This document shows, piece after piece, positions 20,219-29,727 of a DNA stretch of 64,000 nt. Origin of the DNA: an uncultured Clostridia bacterium (GTDB lineage: Bacteria; Bacillota; Clostridia; TANB77; CAG-508); assembly GCA_947627295.1 (NCBI GenBank), contig CANQVJ010000008.1, positions 12,313-76,312 of the forward strand, given 5' to 3'. The notes beneath the pieces are model-generated. The model worked only from the letters and a program-made list of their open reading frames with translations, made no database searches and had not been told where the DNA came from. The position numbers were made by a program, and so were the translations under genes. Position 1 is the first letter of the stretch, and each line of letters opens with the position of its first letter.

Positions 20219-21991
20219 TTATTGTACTTTTGGCATTTTTTGTATTTTCACATAATCTCTAATTTTTTTATACTCTTTTATAGATTTTACGTTTTGAGAA
20301 AATTCAACAAAATCATCACATAACCATGGATAAATATCTACATCAGATATTCTTTTTTCAACAGCAACTTGATTTCCTACTTCTCTGTTTATAAATGGTG
20401 CTAAAAATAGTGCAAACCATTCTTTATATTTTGTTTTATCTCTAATATCTTTTTCAGCAGAAGAAAGTAAATGACTTCTAATAGAAACAATTTCATGTTC
20501 GCATTGAAATGACCTTGAAGTTGAAACAGTTGGCTCTAATAATGCATGAATATCTTTTTCATATACATCTATATCTGCTCCTACATTTTTAGAATTTCCA
20601 CCCGGTGCTGTTTTGAATGGAATTCCTTGATCATCTGCTTTATAATTTGCTATAACTTTCAAATTTGGTAAAGCTTTCTTTATTATAATAGCAACTAAAA
20701 ATTCCAACCTTACAGTTGACTTAATATATTTTAACACCTCATTTTGCGTTCCATTTTTACCTTTTTTAAAAACATTTTTCATTTCTTCTTTGTAAAAATC
20801 CCAACTTTTTTCTTTTGCCCATCTTTCTATTGTCTTTTCTTTAACACTTTTTTCTTCATCACTTTCTTCTATTTCTGGTTTAAATCTTAGATTTTTATCT
20901 ATTTTTCCCATATAATTAAAATAGTCATTTTCATTTACAAATTCTATATTTTCTGAATAATTTTTTAATATATAATCTACTTTATCTTTTTCATTACCAT
21001 TAATATCAATAAAGTTTCCAGCACCTCTTAATGATATTAACATAGTTAGTCTTAATTTTCTGACTACTTCATCTGGAGTTTCTACTATTAACTTGTCAAA
21101 TTTATAAGCATTCTTTTTTCTTTTAATAAAAAGCTCATTAGCAGGTGCTAAAATATTATCTGGTGTTGAATCATCCATTAAATTCATTGCAAGTTCATAT
21201 ACTGTTTCATTAGGAGCATTAAATCTAAATTCTTGGCGAAATTGATGAATAAGCTCAGCTAACGCTTTATAGTCATTGTTTTTCCATGCAATAATAAATG
21301 TGATTTCTTGTACAGTTATCCCTTTATAGTTATATTTTTTATCTAAATACTTAATAACATTTAGTACTAAAGGAAAAAAGTTGACATTAATTGTATTTTT
21401 TCTATAAGGGTTATTTATTTGATATTTACAAAAAGCATTCAAAAAAGCACTTTGCTCATATGTTTCATCAAATTTATTTTCAATTGGATAACCATTATCA
21501 TATGCTTTTATCATACTTTTTCCGTTATCAGAAATTCTTACCTTTTTTCCTTTTATTACTCTTACTAAGCCTAATTCATTCAGAAAATTAAATTGTGTAT
21601 GTATTCTTGATTCCCAGCCACCATTCCAGCCTTTATCTTTATGAGCTGTGATTGTATTTTTTAGCAAATATATTATTTTTTCAATATCCATTTCTCCCGG
21701 ATTTGAATTTAACCACTCATCATAATACAGTAACACTTTGTTTTGTGCACCTTTAGATTGATCTTCTGCTAAAAAATCAAATTTACCATGATATTCTTTT
21801 ACATATTTTCCTAGTGTTTGTTTAGTAGGCTTAAAAATTTTATATCGAATCAATTCTCCTTCTAATTTTAAGGCAACTTCATCATCAATAATTTGATTTT
21901 CAAATCTTGATAATATTGAAATAAATTGTGGTATACGTTCAGGACTTCTTATAGTGGTATCAAATGATATAGGTTTTCTTCTACTTGGCAT
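20219..21991 (-). CDS. AlwI-family (PleI/MlyI/N.BstNBI-like) type IIS restriction endonuclease
   Basis: 590-aa ORF. N-terminal ..ISFDTTIRSPERIPQF.. and C-terminal cleavage-domain-like ..GADIDVYEKDIHALLEPTVSTSR.. Sits directly downstream of two adenine methylase genes. Confidence 0.55.
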   Translation of the reverse strand: MPSRRKPISFDTTIRSPERIPQFISILSRFENQIIDDEVALKLEGELIRYKIFKPTKQTLGKYVKEYHGKFDFLAEDQSKGAQNKVLLYYDEWLNSNPGEMDIEKIIYLLKNTITAHKDKGWNGGWESRIHTQFNFLNELGLVRVIKGKKVRISDNGKSMIKAYDNGYPIENKFDETYEQSAFLNAFCKYQINNPYRKNTINVNFFPLVLNVIKYLDKKYNYKGITVQEITFIIAWKNNDYKALAELIHQFRQEFRFNAPNETVYELAMNLMDDSTPDNILAPANELFIKRKKNAYKFDKLIVETPDEVVRKLRLTMLISLRGAGNFIDINGNEKDKVDYILKNYSENIEFVNENDYFNYMGKIDKNLRFKPEIEESDEEKSVKEKTIERWAKEKSWDFYKEEMKNVFKKGKNGTQNEVLKYIKSTVRLEFLVAIIIKKALPNLKVIANYKADDQGIPFKTAPGGNSKNVGADIDVYEKDIHALLEPTVSTSRSFQCEHEIVSIRSHLLSSAEKDIRDKTKYKEWFALFLAPFINREVGNQVAVEKRISDVDIYPWLCDDFVEFSQNVKSIKEYKKIRDYVKIQKMPKVQ

Positions 21992-22003
21992 GTTAATTTC
22001 TCC

Positions 22004-22922
22004 TTATATTTCTTTATAATTTGTTACAAATATTTCTTTAGAATTGTTCTTTATAGTATTATCATTAAAACTAATATAATTGCTGTTAATATTATATACA
22101 TTATATTTCTTAGACCATTCAATAAAAGTTCTATTTTCTTTTCCTTTATGTTTTATTAAATTTGTTATTCCAAACTTGATTCCCTTTTCATCTAATTCAT
22201 CTAAAAAAGTACATAACTCAATTTCCTTTTTATCATTCCATAATTTATTGTATTCACTCATAGATATTAAGTATGGTGGATCTAAAAACACATAATCATT
22301 TTCTTTAAATTCTATATTATTAAGAAATTGTTTATAATCTGTATTTTTAAAAATAGTTTCATTATTTTTTCTAAACTCTAAATAGTTTACTAACGCTGTA
22401 TAAACATTTTTATTAAAGTCCACATTTCCAACTGGTAAATTAAAATCTCCTTTTGAATTAAATCTAATCATATGATTAAATCCATATACTAATAATAAGT
22501 ATAATAATAAGACATTATCTTTGTTTTCATTATAATCTTTTCTCATCCTTAAATAAGCATCTTTATTGTATTTAGAATAATATGTTTTAACATATTTCTT
22601 TTTTAATTCATTGGGTACATTTATTTCTCTATATGAACAACTTAGTCCATAATAATCAATTATATTGTATAATTCTTCTATTAATTGTTTAGGATTGTTT
22701 GCATATTTTCCTAACTCTTTATGCAATAAAATCACATTAGTATCAACATCATTTAATATATATTTTTTTCCTGAAGAATTAAGAAACGAACTTCCCCCGT
22801 CCTACAAATGGTTCTATATAATTGTTTATATTATTAGGAAATAATTTTTTCAGTTGCGGCATTAATTTATATTTATCTCCAACATAAAAGAATGGAGATC
22901 TTATTACATTATTTTTATCCAT
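22004..22922 (-). CDS. Dam-family (D12 class) N6-adenine DNA methyltransferase, second of two; 305 aa if the CGG at 22797 is a +1 site
   Basis: ATG at 22920-22922 overlaps the upstream TAA (TAATG). Reads MDKNNVIRSPFFYVGDKYKLMPQLKKLFPNNINNYIEPFVG, then CGG. The +1 frame gives G-GSSFLNSSGKKYILNDVDTNVILLHKE and joins ORF 22004-22735, which carries FLDPPY. Confidence 0.75.
22797..22799 (-). other. in-frame CGG with +1 frame transition (Dam-family MTase motif I)
   Basis: Sense GTA GGA CGG GGG AAG. The zero frame stops 5 codons later. The +1 frame reads GGG GGA AGT TCG = G-G-S-S, completing EPFVGGG. Confidence 0.8.
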
Positions 22923-23938
22923 TATTTTTCCACCTTTGTGATAAATACATATTCTTTATGATTTTTTAATTCTGTTTTTCCTGCATTAAAATATTTATAT
23001 GGCTTGTTAAAAACCTTTGTATTACCTTTTTCATCCAATATTTTTTTTAATTCTTCTAATGTTATTTTATTTTTAGAAGATGTGCTCTTTGGATTGTAAT
23101 TATTATTGTATGTAACTACTATATATTTAGTATCTAAATTATCTATTAAATCTTTAAAGACTTTTGATGCAGACGATTTGCAATATTCAGACATATTTTC
23201 CTCTTTTGGCTTTAATGCAACGCCATATAATTTAGGTTTCTTCCATGTAGTTATATTTTCTAACACATGATAAAATCTACTATATTGTCTTGAATTATAT
23301 GGTGGATCTACAAATGCAATATCTGTTTTTATTTTTTTTACTAGCTCATTTGAATCTTCCCTATAAATTTCGACTTTTTGATTTTTAGTAAGTTTTTTTG
23401 GTAAAATTAATTCATACTTAAATTTACTATCAATATTATTTATTTTTCTATATGCATCATAATGGCCACAAGTATTGGCAATTTTATCTACTGAATATAG
23501 TAATGATGAAAGTAATATGTAGTATTCTTTATTATTTATAATATTTTTTTTATTAATGTTTTTCAATTCCTCTCTTATTTTCCCTATTAGCTTTGCATCA
23601 TCTCTATTAAAATATTTATCTCCATAGTTAATAGAAACATAATTCTCTTTTAATCTAGTTCTATTAATATTGTTGTATGTTTCAACTATTTTCATGATTT
23701 TATCAATATCATAATCTTCTTGTAATAAGAATCCTTTATATATAACTTCATTTGAATATAAAAAGTCATTAACTATATATTTCTCATAATCATTTAGCAT
23801 ATATTCAGTTACAACTCCAGTTCCTGCAAACACATCAAAAAAAGTTTTTCCTTTACAATTAGCTATTATTAAACTTCTGATCCATTCCATTAACTTATAT
23901 TTACTGCCAGTATAACGTCTATTATACATATTAAACAT
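22922..23938 (-). CDS. Dam-family (D12 class) N6-adenine DNA methyltransferase, first of two
   Basis: MFNMYNRRYTGSKYKLMEWI... and FVDPPYNSRQY (DPPY motif). The start at 23938 is preferred over the track's 24058, because the extra 40 aa overlap the operator-like repeats. Confidence 0.75.
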   Translation of the reverse strand: MFNMYNRRYTGSKYKLMEWIRSLIIANCKGKTFFDVFAGTGVVTEYMLNDYEKYIVNDFLYSNEVIYKGFLLQEDYDIDKIMKIVETYNNINRTRLKENYVSINYGDKYFNRDDAKLIGKIREELKNINKKNIINNKEYYILLSSLLYSVDKIANTCGHYDAYRKINNIDSKFKYELILPKKLTKNQKVEIYREDSNELVKKIKTDIAFVDPPYNSRQYSRFYHVLENITTWKKPKLYGVALKPKEENMSEYCKSSASKVFKDLIDNLDTKYIVVTYNNNYNPKSTSSKNKITLEELKKILDEKGNTKVFNKPYKYFNAGKTELKNHKEYVFITKVEK

Positions 23939-23997
23939 TGCTACTATTTTCTCCTTCAAACAAATTTTATCATATTTCAACTTTTTACACAATATTT

Positions 23998-24120
23998 TTA
24001 AAGTGCAGATTTTGCACTTTAAGGTATTAGAATTGCACTTTAAAATATAGAGTTTCACTTCAGAACACTACAGTTTCACTTTATAATGCTATAGTTCCAC
24101 TTCAGAATGCTACAGTTGCA
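23998..24120 (-). promoter_or_regulatory. operator-like repeats upstream of the methylase/endonuclease operon
   Basis: Perfect inverted repeat TTAAAGTGCA-N5-TGCACTTTAA (23998-24022). A third TGCACTTTAA at 24034-24043. Then 3.5 tandem 21-bp units (24051-24071, 24072-24092, 24093-24113, partial to 24120) of consensus AGTT(T/C)CACTT(C/T)A(G/T)AA(C/T)(A/G)CTA(C/T). Confidence 0.5.
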
Positions 24121-24122
24121 GT

Positions 24123-24701
24123 TTAGGCTTTTTCAAATTTGCCGTCTTTATATTGCAATACCGTGTTATCATATGTGAAATATGGCAACAAAGCATTTGG
24201 TACTTCTAGCTGATTTTGATTGTTTTCTCCATATCCAAGTGTTGTGTTGTTTTCATTTCGAGATACAACATTAAATTTTGTATTAGGGTCTATTTCAGTT
24301 ATGTTGCTATTTTTTTCAAACTCATCTTTTAGCTTTTCATATTCTCCTATTCCCAACATACTATCCATAAAATTATCTGTCATCTCTTCTTCAAATTTGT
24401 ACTCTCCATTTTTATAACTTAGTATATAATCTGTTTCAATTTTTTCTTGTAATTCTTTTGGAATATCTGTTTCTTTTGAAACTTTATTAGTTCTTGTGTT
24501 TTGCAAATAAACACAATCTTCTCCTTTATCAACTATTTGGTATAGAGAGCCTTCTTCTTTTAATCCACTAACATTTACATCTTGGCCGCTTTCACTGCTT
24601 TGTTCTTTTGATAATTGATTTTCTAATTCACTCACAAAATTTTGAACTAACTTGTTTTCCTTTACATTTTTTATTAAATCATTAATTATGTCTAAACTCA
24701 C
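24123..24701 (-). CDS. acidic hypothetical protein (possible nuclease inhibitor/immunity partner)
   Basis: 192-aa D/E-rich ORF with no signal peptide, 19 nt downstream of the secreted nuclease gene. The function is inferred only from the NucA-Nin-like gene arrangement. Confidence 0.25.
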   Translation of the reverse strand: MSLDIINDLIKNVKENKLVQNFVSELENQLSKEQSSESGQDVNVSGLKEEGSLYQIVDKGEDCVYLQNTRTNKVSKETDIPKELQEKIETDYILSYKNGEYKFEEEMTDNFMDSMLGIGEYEKLKDEFEKNSNITEIDPNTKFNVVSRNENNTTLGYGENNQNQLEVPNALLPYFTYDNTVLQYKDGKFEKA

Positions 24702-24720
24702 TTAAACTTTCCTTCTTTCT

Positions 24721-25488
24721 CTATTTAATTTGTCCTGTTGCATAGTCTATTTCAACACCTGGTTGCACATTGTAAACATATACATTAAATTGCACACCAG
24801 CTCCTGAATCTTCTACTGACCATGCTTCCATTTGAGCTCCACTTGCCAATTCATTTTCTCCATTAAATATTGGAGTTACTCTGTATAAAACATGGTTGTT
24901 TGGATTTTCTTTTATATAATCTGCAACTTTATTTTCAAATGGGAGCATCCCCTCTACATTAAAATACCTTGTTCCTGTAATTAAGTTTTCTTTGTTTGCA
25001 TTTTCACCTGCCAACTGGTACCCTATTAAATGACATCTGTTATATACATACTCTCCATTTACCTTTTTTTGCTTCCACCCTGTTGGCTTAACAGAACTGA
25101 TACTTTCTCTTTCAACATTTTCTGGTGGCATTACTTCTTTGCAAATATTTGCATAAGCCACACCACACCTATATTTGCTATCTAACTTGCTATATTTTTC
25201 AAATGGTTCTGTTGTATAATCTTCTTCAGTGAAATTTGGAGTGTTGTTATTTATCTCAACATAAGGTGTTCCTGTATATTCAGGTATATTTGATAGACTA
25301 ATAGCTTCATTGTTTTCAGTTGACGAAGCCACCGCCTCCGATGTTGCAATTGTAGTGTTTTCTATAACTGTATTTTCTTGCCCCTTCTCTTGCTCACCAT
25401 TTTTGCTTACAAATCCATATATCAATATACAAATCAAGATTATAGCCGAAACACTAGTTCTTATAATATTTTTCTCTTTTCTACTCAT
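24721..25488 (-). CDS. membrane-anchored or secreted DNA/RNA non-specific endonuclease (EndA/NucA DNA-entry nuclease family)
   Basis: 255-aa ORF with an N-terminal TM/signal (SVSAIILICILIYGFV). Catalytic region NRCHLIGYQLAGENANKENLITGTRYFNV resembles the DRGH-type motif of EndA/NucA. Confidence 0.7.
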   Translation of the reverse strand: MSRKEKNIIRTSVSAIILICILIYGFVSKNGEQEKGQENTVIENTTIATSEAVASSTENNEAISLSNIPEYTGTPYVEINNNTPNFTEEDYTTEPFEKYSKLDSKYRCGVAYANICKEVMPPENVERESISSVKPTGWKQKKVNGEYVYNRCHLIGYQLAGENANKENLITGTRYFNVEGMLPFENKVADYIKENPNNHVLYRVTPIFNGENELASGAQMEAWSVEDSGAGVQFNVYVYNVQPGVEIDYATGQIK

Positions 25489-25679
25489 AATATTTCCCCT
25501 TGCTTTTTTTGTTTATATTATCATTAGAAAGAGTTTTTTGCAACATTTTATATATTCTATCATCTTTATTTTGCAAAGTTTGTCGAAACTTGGAGCTAAA
25601 CATAATATTTTTATAATTTAAGGGTTTACTCTCTTAATTTTATGTGATATAATCAAAAAAAAACAATTGAGGTAATTTT

Positions 25680-26267
25680 ATGAGTAGCAATAAAAAAGCA
25701 AGAAAAGAAGTAGAAAAAGCCTATGGCGAAGGATGTATGTTTGAAAGAGCATCAATAGAAAAAAGGTTAAACCAAATTAAGGGTATTGAAAAATATGAAG
25801 ACTATAAAAAATCACTTAACTACAAAGAAAGTACAAGAAAAAAATTAGAAAGCAACTTAACATATCATCACTTAATACATAAAGAAGACGACGGTCCCAC
25901 CACTGTAGAAAATGGCGGGAATTTACATGAATTACCCCATAGATATTTACACAACTTACCAAGAGATCAAGAAGAAATAGCTAATGAAATGATTAGACAA
26001 TACAAATATAATATAGATGCTGGAGTAATAGTACCAACACCAGAAGGAGATTTAATGGGTGAATCTAAAGTAAAACCATTTGTACCTTATCCAATAGAAA
26101 TTCCAGATGAGGTAACTCCTAAAGAAAAAACTGCTCATAAAAAATTTGTAGATCAATATAAAGTTCAATCAAATGAAACATCTGTACAAAAAAGAAGAAG
26201 AGAGAGAAGGAAAGCAAAGCAAGCTGATAAAGAAGTTCTAAAAGAAATTAATAATTATGCAAGGTAG
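25680..26267 (+). CDS. HNH-like endonuclease domain protein
   Basis: 195-aa ORF. LTYHHLIHKEDDGPTTVENGGNLHELPHRYLH fits an H-N-H pattern. Basic C-terminal tail. Confidence 0.4.
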   Translation: MSSNKKARKEVEKAYGEGCMFERASIEKRLNQIKGIEKYEDYKKSLNYKESTRKKLESNLTYHHLIHKEDDGPTTVENGGNLHELPHRYLHNLPRDQEEIANEMIRQYKYNIDAGVIVPTPEGDLMGESKVKPFVPYPIEIPDEVTPKEKTAHKKFVDQYKVQSNETSVQKRRRERRKAKQADKEVLKEINNYAR

Positions 26268-26277
26268 TAATAAAGTA

Positions 26278-27162
26278 TCAACTAATAAGGGATAGATATG
26301 GTGATAATATATCAGAAGAAATTGATAAATTTCCCATACCTGTTCCCATTTTTATTTTTGGTTTTATGCTTCCATGAAAATCACTTCCACCTGAAATATA
26401 ATAATTGTTTTCTTTACAGTATTTTAATATGCTTCTAGTTTGTTCTTCCGTAAATTTAGAATAATAACATTCAAAGCCCTCTACATCATAATTATTTACT
26501 ATCTCTTGAAAAATAATTGGCGAATTTTCTCCATAAATATAAATATGTGGAACAAACACAAGTCCACCTGCTTTGCGAATTAAGTTTATGGTTTCTTGCA
26601 TACTAGGATAAAATTTTGTACTATCTAAATAAAATTTACTTTTTTTATTACACATTTCCTTTCTATAAAATACCATTGCATCTTCCCATGCTTCATCACA
26701 TGTAAAATATTTTCTGTTTCCTGCTTCTTTCCTAATTTGTTCTAGTAAATAAACCGAATAATATTTATGAACTTGTTCATTAAATTTTTTCATTTCAGGG
26801 TCGTCTAAAACTATACCTAAACTTTTGCATTTTTTTACTAGTTGCTCTTTTTCCAATTCATTTATTTCCTTTTGTGTAATATATATTTTTTCTAACTTTT
26901 CTTGTAATTTTTCAGGTTCAATTCCATACCCTAAAAGCTCAATATTAAATCCACCAACACTTGTATTTAATTCAACTCCTTTTATAATTTTCCCTGAGAA
27001 ATATTTTTTATAATCCATAGTTTTTAGTTCTTCATAGGCTTTGCAAGTATTGTGGTCAGTTATTGAAATATATTCTAAATTTAAATCTTCCGCCATTTTT
27101 AATAATTCTTTTACAGAGCATGTCCCATCTGAATATTTAGAATGCATATGTAAATCTATCAT
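26278..27162 (-). CDS. PHP-domain metal-dependent phosphoesterase
   Basis: 294-aa ORF. MIDLHMHSKYSDGT...ISITDHNT... and C-terminal GGSDFHG are PHP signatures. Confidence 0.75.
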   Translation of the reverse strand: MIDLHMHSKYSDGTCSVKELLKMAEDLNLEYISITDHNTCKAYEELKTMDYKKYFSGKIIKGVELNTSVGGFNIELLGYGIEPEKLQEKLEKIYITQKEINELEKEQLVKKCKSLGIVLDDPEMKKFNEQVHKYYSVYLLEQIRKEAGNRKYFTCDEAWEDAMVFYRKEMCNKKSKFYLDSTKFYPSMQETINLIRKAGGLVFVPHIYIYGENSPIIFQEIVNNYDVEGFECYYSKFTEEQTRSILKYCKENNYYISGGSDFHGSIKPKIKMGTGMGNLSISSDILSPYLSLIS

Positions 27163-27176
27163 ATTAAACCTCTCTT

Positions 27177-27737
27177 TTATTCTATTTCTTTTGTTTCTTC
27201 TTTTTCTTGCATATAGCTGCTAAATTCATCTAATACTTTTAATATTTCTCTATCAAATGCCGACCTTTTTGAATCTTCAGTTTTACTTGTTTCTACTAAA
27301 TACTTTATAATTGATAAGTTTTCAAAAAAGACCGAAAAGTCACCCTTTTTCTCGCTTTCAGTTAAGTTTTGCTTATTTAAATCTATTTTTTGATTTGTTT
27401 TTCCATAATAAAAATATGTTTCTGTTAATCTAGTAATATTGTCTTTCAGCTTCCTATCATAATAATTTTTATTATAACTACTTATTTTTAAAAACGCTTC
27501 TTCTTCTAAATCGACTTCTTCAATCCCTGTCTCTTCTTGTAATTCCCTTCTTAAAGCATCTTTTTTATCTTCATTTTCTCCAATACTTCCGCCTGTAAGC
27601 ATATATAATCCATAATATCTTGAAACTAACGCTTTCCCCTCATCATTTAAAATTATTCCTCTTACTTTTCTTTGAATTTTATCTACTTCATCTTCTGTTA
27701 CATTGTCTTCATTAAATATGATTTCCTTCATTTTCAA
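27177..27737 (-). CDS. NUDIX hydrolase
   Basis: 186-aa ORF with Nudix box GGSIGENEDKKDALRRELQEETGI. Confidence 0.8.
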   Translation of the reverse strand: MKMKEIIFNEDNVTEDEVDKIQRKVRGIILNDEGKALVSRYYGLYMLTGGSIGENEDKKDALRRELQEETGIEEVDLEEEAFLKISSYNKNYYDRKLKDNITRLTETYFYYGKTNQKIDLNKQNLTESEKKGDFSVFFENLSIIKYLVETSKTEDSKRSAFDREILKVLDEFSSYMQEKEETKEIE

Positions 27738-27750
27738 CTTCCTTTCATAA

Positions 27751-28620
27751 TTAAATATTTGAGCTGATTAGTTCTTGAACTTCGTCTATGCTTTCTTGTG
27801 GTGTTGAAGCTCCTGCCATAATTCCAACTGATTCTATGTTTTTTAAATCGTCTAAATTGATTTCGTCTTTTGTTTCAATACAAATAGTATTTTTACAATT
27901 CTTACTTGCAATTTCATATAATTTCTTTGTATTTGAACTATTTTTGCCACCTATTATAATCATATATTGCACTTTTTTTGCAATATCTTCAGTTTCTTCT
28001 TGCCTTATTTGTGTTGCTTGACAAATTGTATTTTTTATTTTTAAATCAATTCCTTCAGATAAATTTTCTTTTAATATTTTTTCTATTTGTGCAAATTTTC
28101 CTAAGTGATATGTTGTTTGAGCAATCACCAAGCATTTATCTTTTTTTGATTTTTTTACATCTTCAATTGCTTTTTGGCAATCTTCCACTTGTTCTATAAT
28201 TGAATAATATTTGCCGCAATAGCTAATAGTACCAATGTTTTCAGGATGCTTTGAAGCTCCCACAAGTATTATGTAATAACCTTTTTTGCTATATTCTTCA
28301 GCAATTTTATGTATGTTTAAAACTTTTGGGCATGTATAATCTACATATTCTATTTTGCTTTCTTCACATTTATCATATATTTCTTTTGGAATTCCATGTG
28401 CTCTAATTATTGTTTTACTATTTTTTTCTTTTACTTGAGATATATCTTCTATAACCTCTATTCCTCTATTTTCCAAGTCTTTTATGACTTCTCTATTATG
28501 CACAATTTCTCCTAAGCAATATATTTTTTTATCTTTATTATTTAATTCTGCTTTTGCTCCTTTAACTGCACGCTCCACTCCGTAGCAGAATCCAGCAGTT
28601 TTACCTATTATAATTTTCAT
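27751..28620 (-). CDS. ispH: 4-hydroxy-3-methylbut-2-enyl diphosphate reductase
   Basis: 289-aa ORF. GFCYGVERAV start and the conserved Cys pattern of LytB/IspH. Adjacent to ispG. Confidence 0.9.
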   Translation of the reverse strand: MKIIIGKTAGFCYGVERAVKGAKAELNNKDKKIYCLGEIVHNREVIKDLENRGIEVIEDISQVKEKNSKTIIRAHGIPKEIYDKCEESKIEYVDYTCPKVLNIHKIAEEYSKKGYYIILVGASKHPENIGTISYCGKYYSIIEQVEDCQKAIEDVKKSKKDKCLVIAQTTYHLGKFAQIEKILKENLSEGIDLKIKNTICQATQIRQEETEDIAKKVQYMIIIGGKNSSNTKKLYEIASKNCKNTICIETKDEINLDDLKNIESVGIMAGASTPQESIDEVQELISSNI

Positions 28621-28621
28621 A

Positions 28622-29677
28622 TTACTCCACCATTTTTCTTATTTCATTTTTTAATACTTCTACAATTTCTTTTTGAGGAACCTTTTTTATGATTTCACCC
28701 TTCTTAAATAAAAGACCTTCATCAATTCCCCCTGCTATTCCAATATCCGCTTCTTTTGCTTCCCCTGGACCGTTGACCGCACAACCCATTACAGCAACTG
28801 TAATATCTGCATTAATAGTTTGTAAAAATTCTTCAACCTCTTTTGCCATTGGTATTATATCAATTCTTGTTCTTCCACATGTTGGGCATGCTACAATAGT
28901 TGGGCTTTTATATAAATTGCAATCTTTTAAAATTTCCTTTGCCACTGGAACTTCTTTTACTGGGTCGTCTGAAAGCGAAACCCTAACTGTATCTCCAATT
29001 CCTTCTCTTAGCAATATTCCAAGACCTATGCTTGATTTTATTGTACCACTAAACTCAGTTCCTGCTTCCGTTATTCCCAAATGCAATGGGTAGTTGAAAG
29101 TTTTTGCAGCCTCTTCATATGCTTCAATACATAAATCTAAACTTGAAGCTTTTAAAGAAATTGCTATATCGTAAAAATCTAATTTTTCTAAAATCTCAAC
29201 ATGGCGTTTTGCACTCTCCACCATTGCCTTTGCTGTTGGCTTGCCATACTTCTCTAGCAATTCTTTTTCTAAAGATCCGCCATTTACTCCAATTCTAATT
29301 GGAATATTTCTTTCTTTACAAGCATTTACAACAGCCTTAACCTTTTCTTCAGAGCCTATATTTCCTGGATTAATACGGACCTTATCGACCCCCGCCTCTA
29401 TTGCTTGGAGCGCTATCTTATAATCAAAATGGATGTCTGCAACTATAGGAATATGTATTCTTTCTTTTATTTTCTTTATAGCTTTGGCATCTTCAATATC
29501 CAAACAAGCCACTCTAATTATTTCACAACCTACTTTTTCTAACTTCAAAATTTGTTCCACAGTTGCCTCTACATCTTTTGTTTTAGTATTGCACATAGAT
29601 TGAATTACAACTTTATTTTGTCCACCTATTTGTACATTGCCTACCATAATTTTTCTTGTTTCATTTCTTTTTACCAT
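28622..29677 (-). CDS. ispG: 4-hydroxy-3-methylbut-2-en-1-yl diphosphate synthase
   Basis: 351-aa [31 protein letters not shown] and CPTCGRT are GcpE/IspG motifs. Confidence 0.92.
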   Translation of the reverse strand: MVKRNETRKIMVGNVQIGGQNKVVIQSMCNTKTKDVEATVEQILKLEKVGCEIIRVACLDIEDAKAIKKIKERIHIPIVADIHFDYKIALQAIEAGVDKVRINPGNIGSEEKVKAVVNACKERNIPIRIGVNGGSLEKELLEKYGKPTAKAMVESAKRHVEILEKLDFYDIAISLKASSLDLCIEAYEEAAKTFNYPLHLGITEAGTEFSGTIKSSIGLGILLREGIGDTVRVSLSDDPVKEVPVAKEILKDCNLYKSPTIVACPTCGRTRIDIIPMAKEVEEFLQTINADITVAVMGCAVNGPGEAKEADIGIAGGIDEGLLFKKGEIIKKVPQKEIVEVLKNEIRKMVE

Positions 29678-29696
29678 AACTAACTCCTTTTCAAAC

Positions 29697-29724
29697 TTAA
29701 AGGTGGCTAAAAGCCACCTTTTTC
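29697..29724 (-). terminator. hairpin terminator between the response regulator gene and ispG
   Basis: AAGGTGGCT-AAA-AGCCACCTT perfect stem flanked by T/A runs, immediately after the stop at 29728. Confidence 0.6.
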
Positions 29725-29727
29725 ATA

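Noticed and set aside
23939-24058. 40-aa N-terminal extension of the first Dam-family methylase in the ORF track
   Set aside because: The extension (MKLYILKCNSNTLKCKICTLK...) is translated from the inverted and tandem repeats and is absent from the family. MFNMYNRRYTGSKYKL is the typical start.
24051-24120. Tandem 21-bp repeats as a possible CRISPR array
   Set aside because: The units are contiguous with no spacers, there are only 3.5 copies, they are degenerate, and no cas genes are present.
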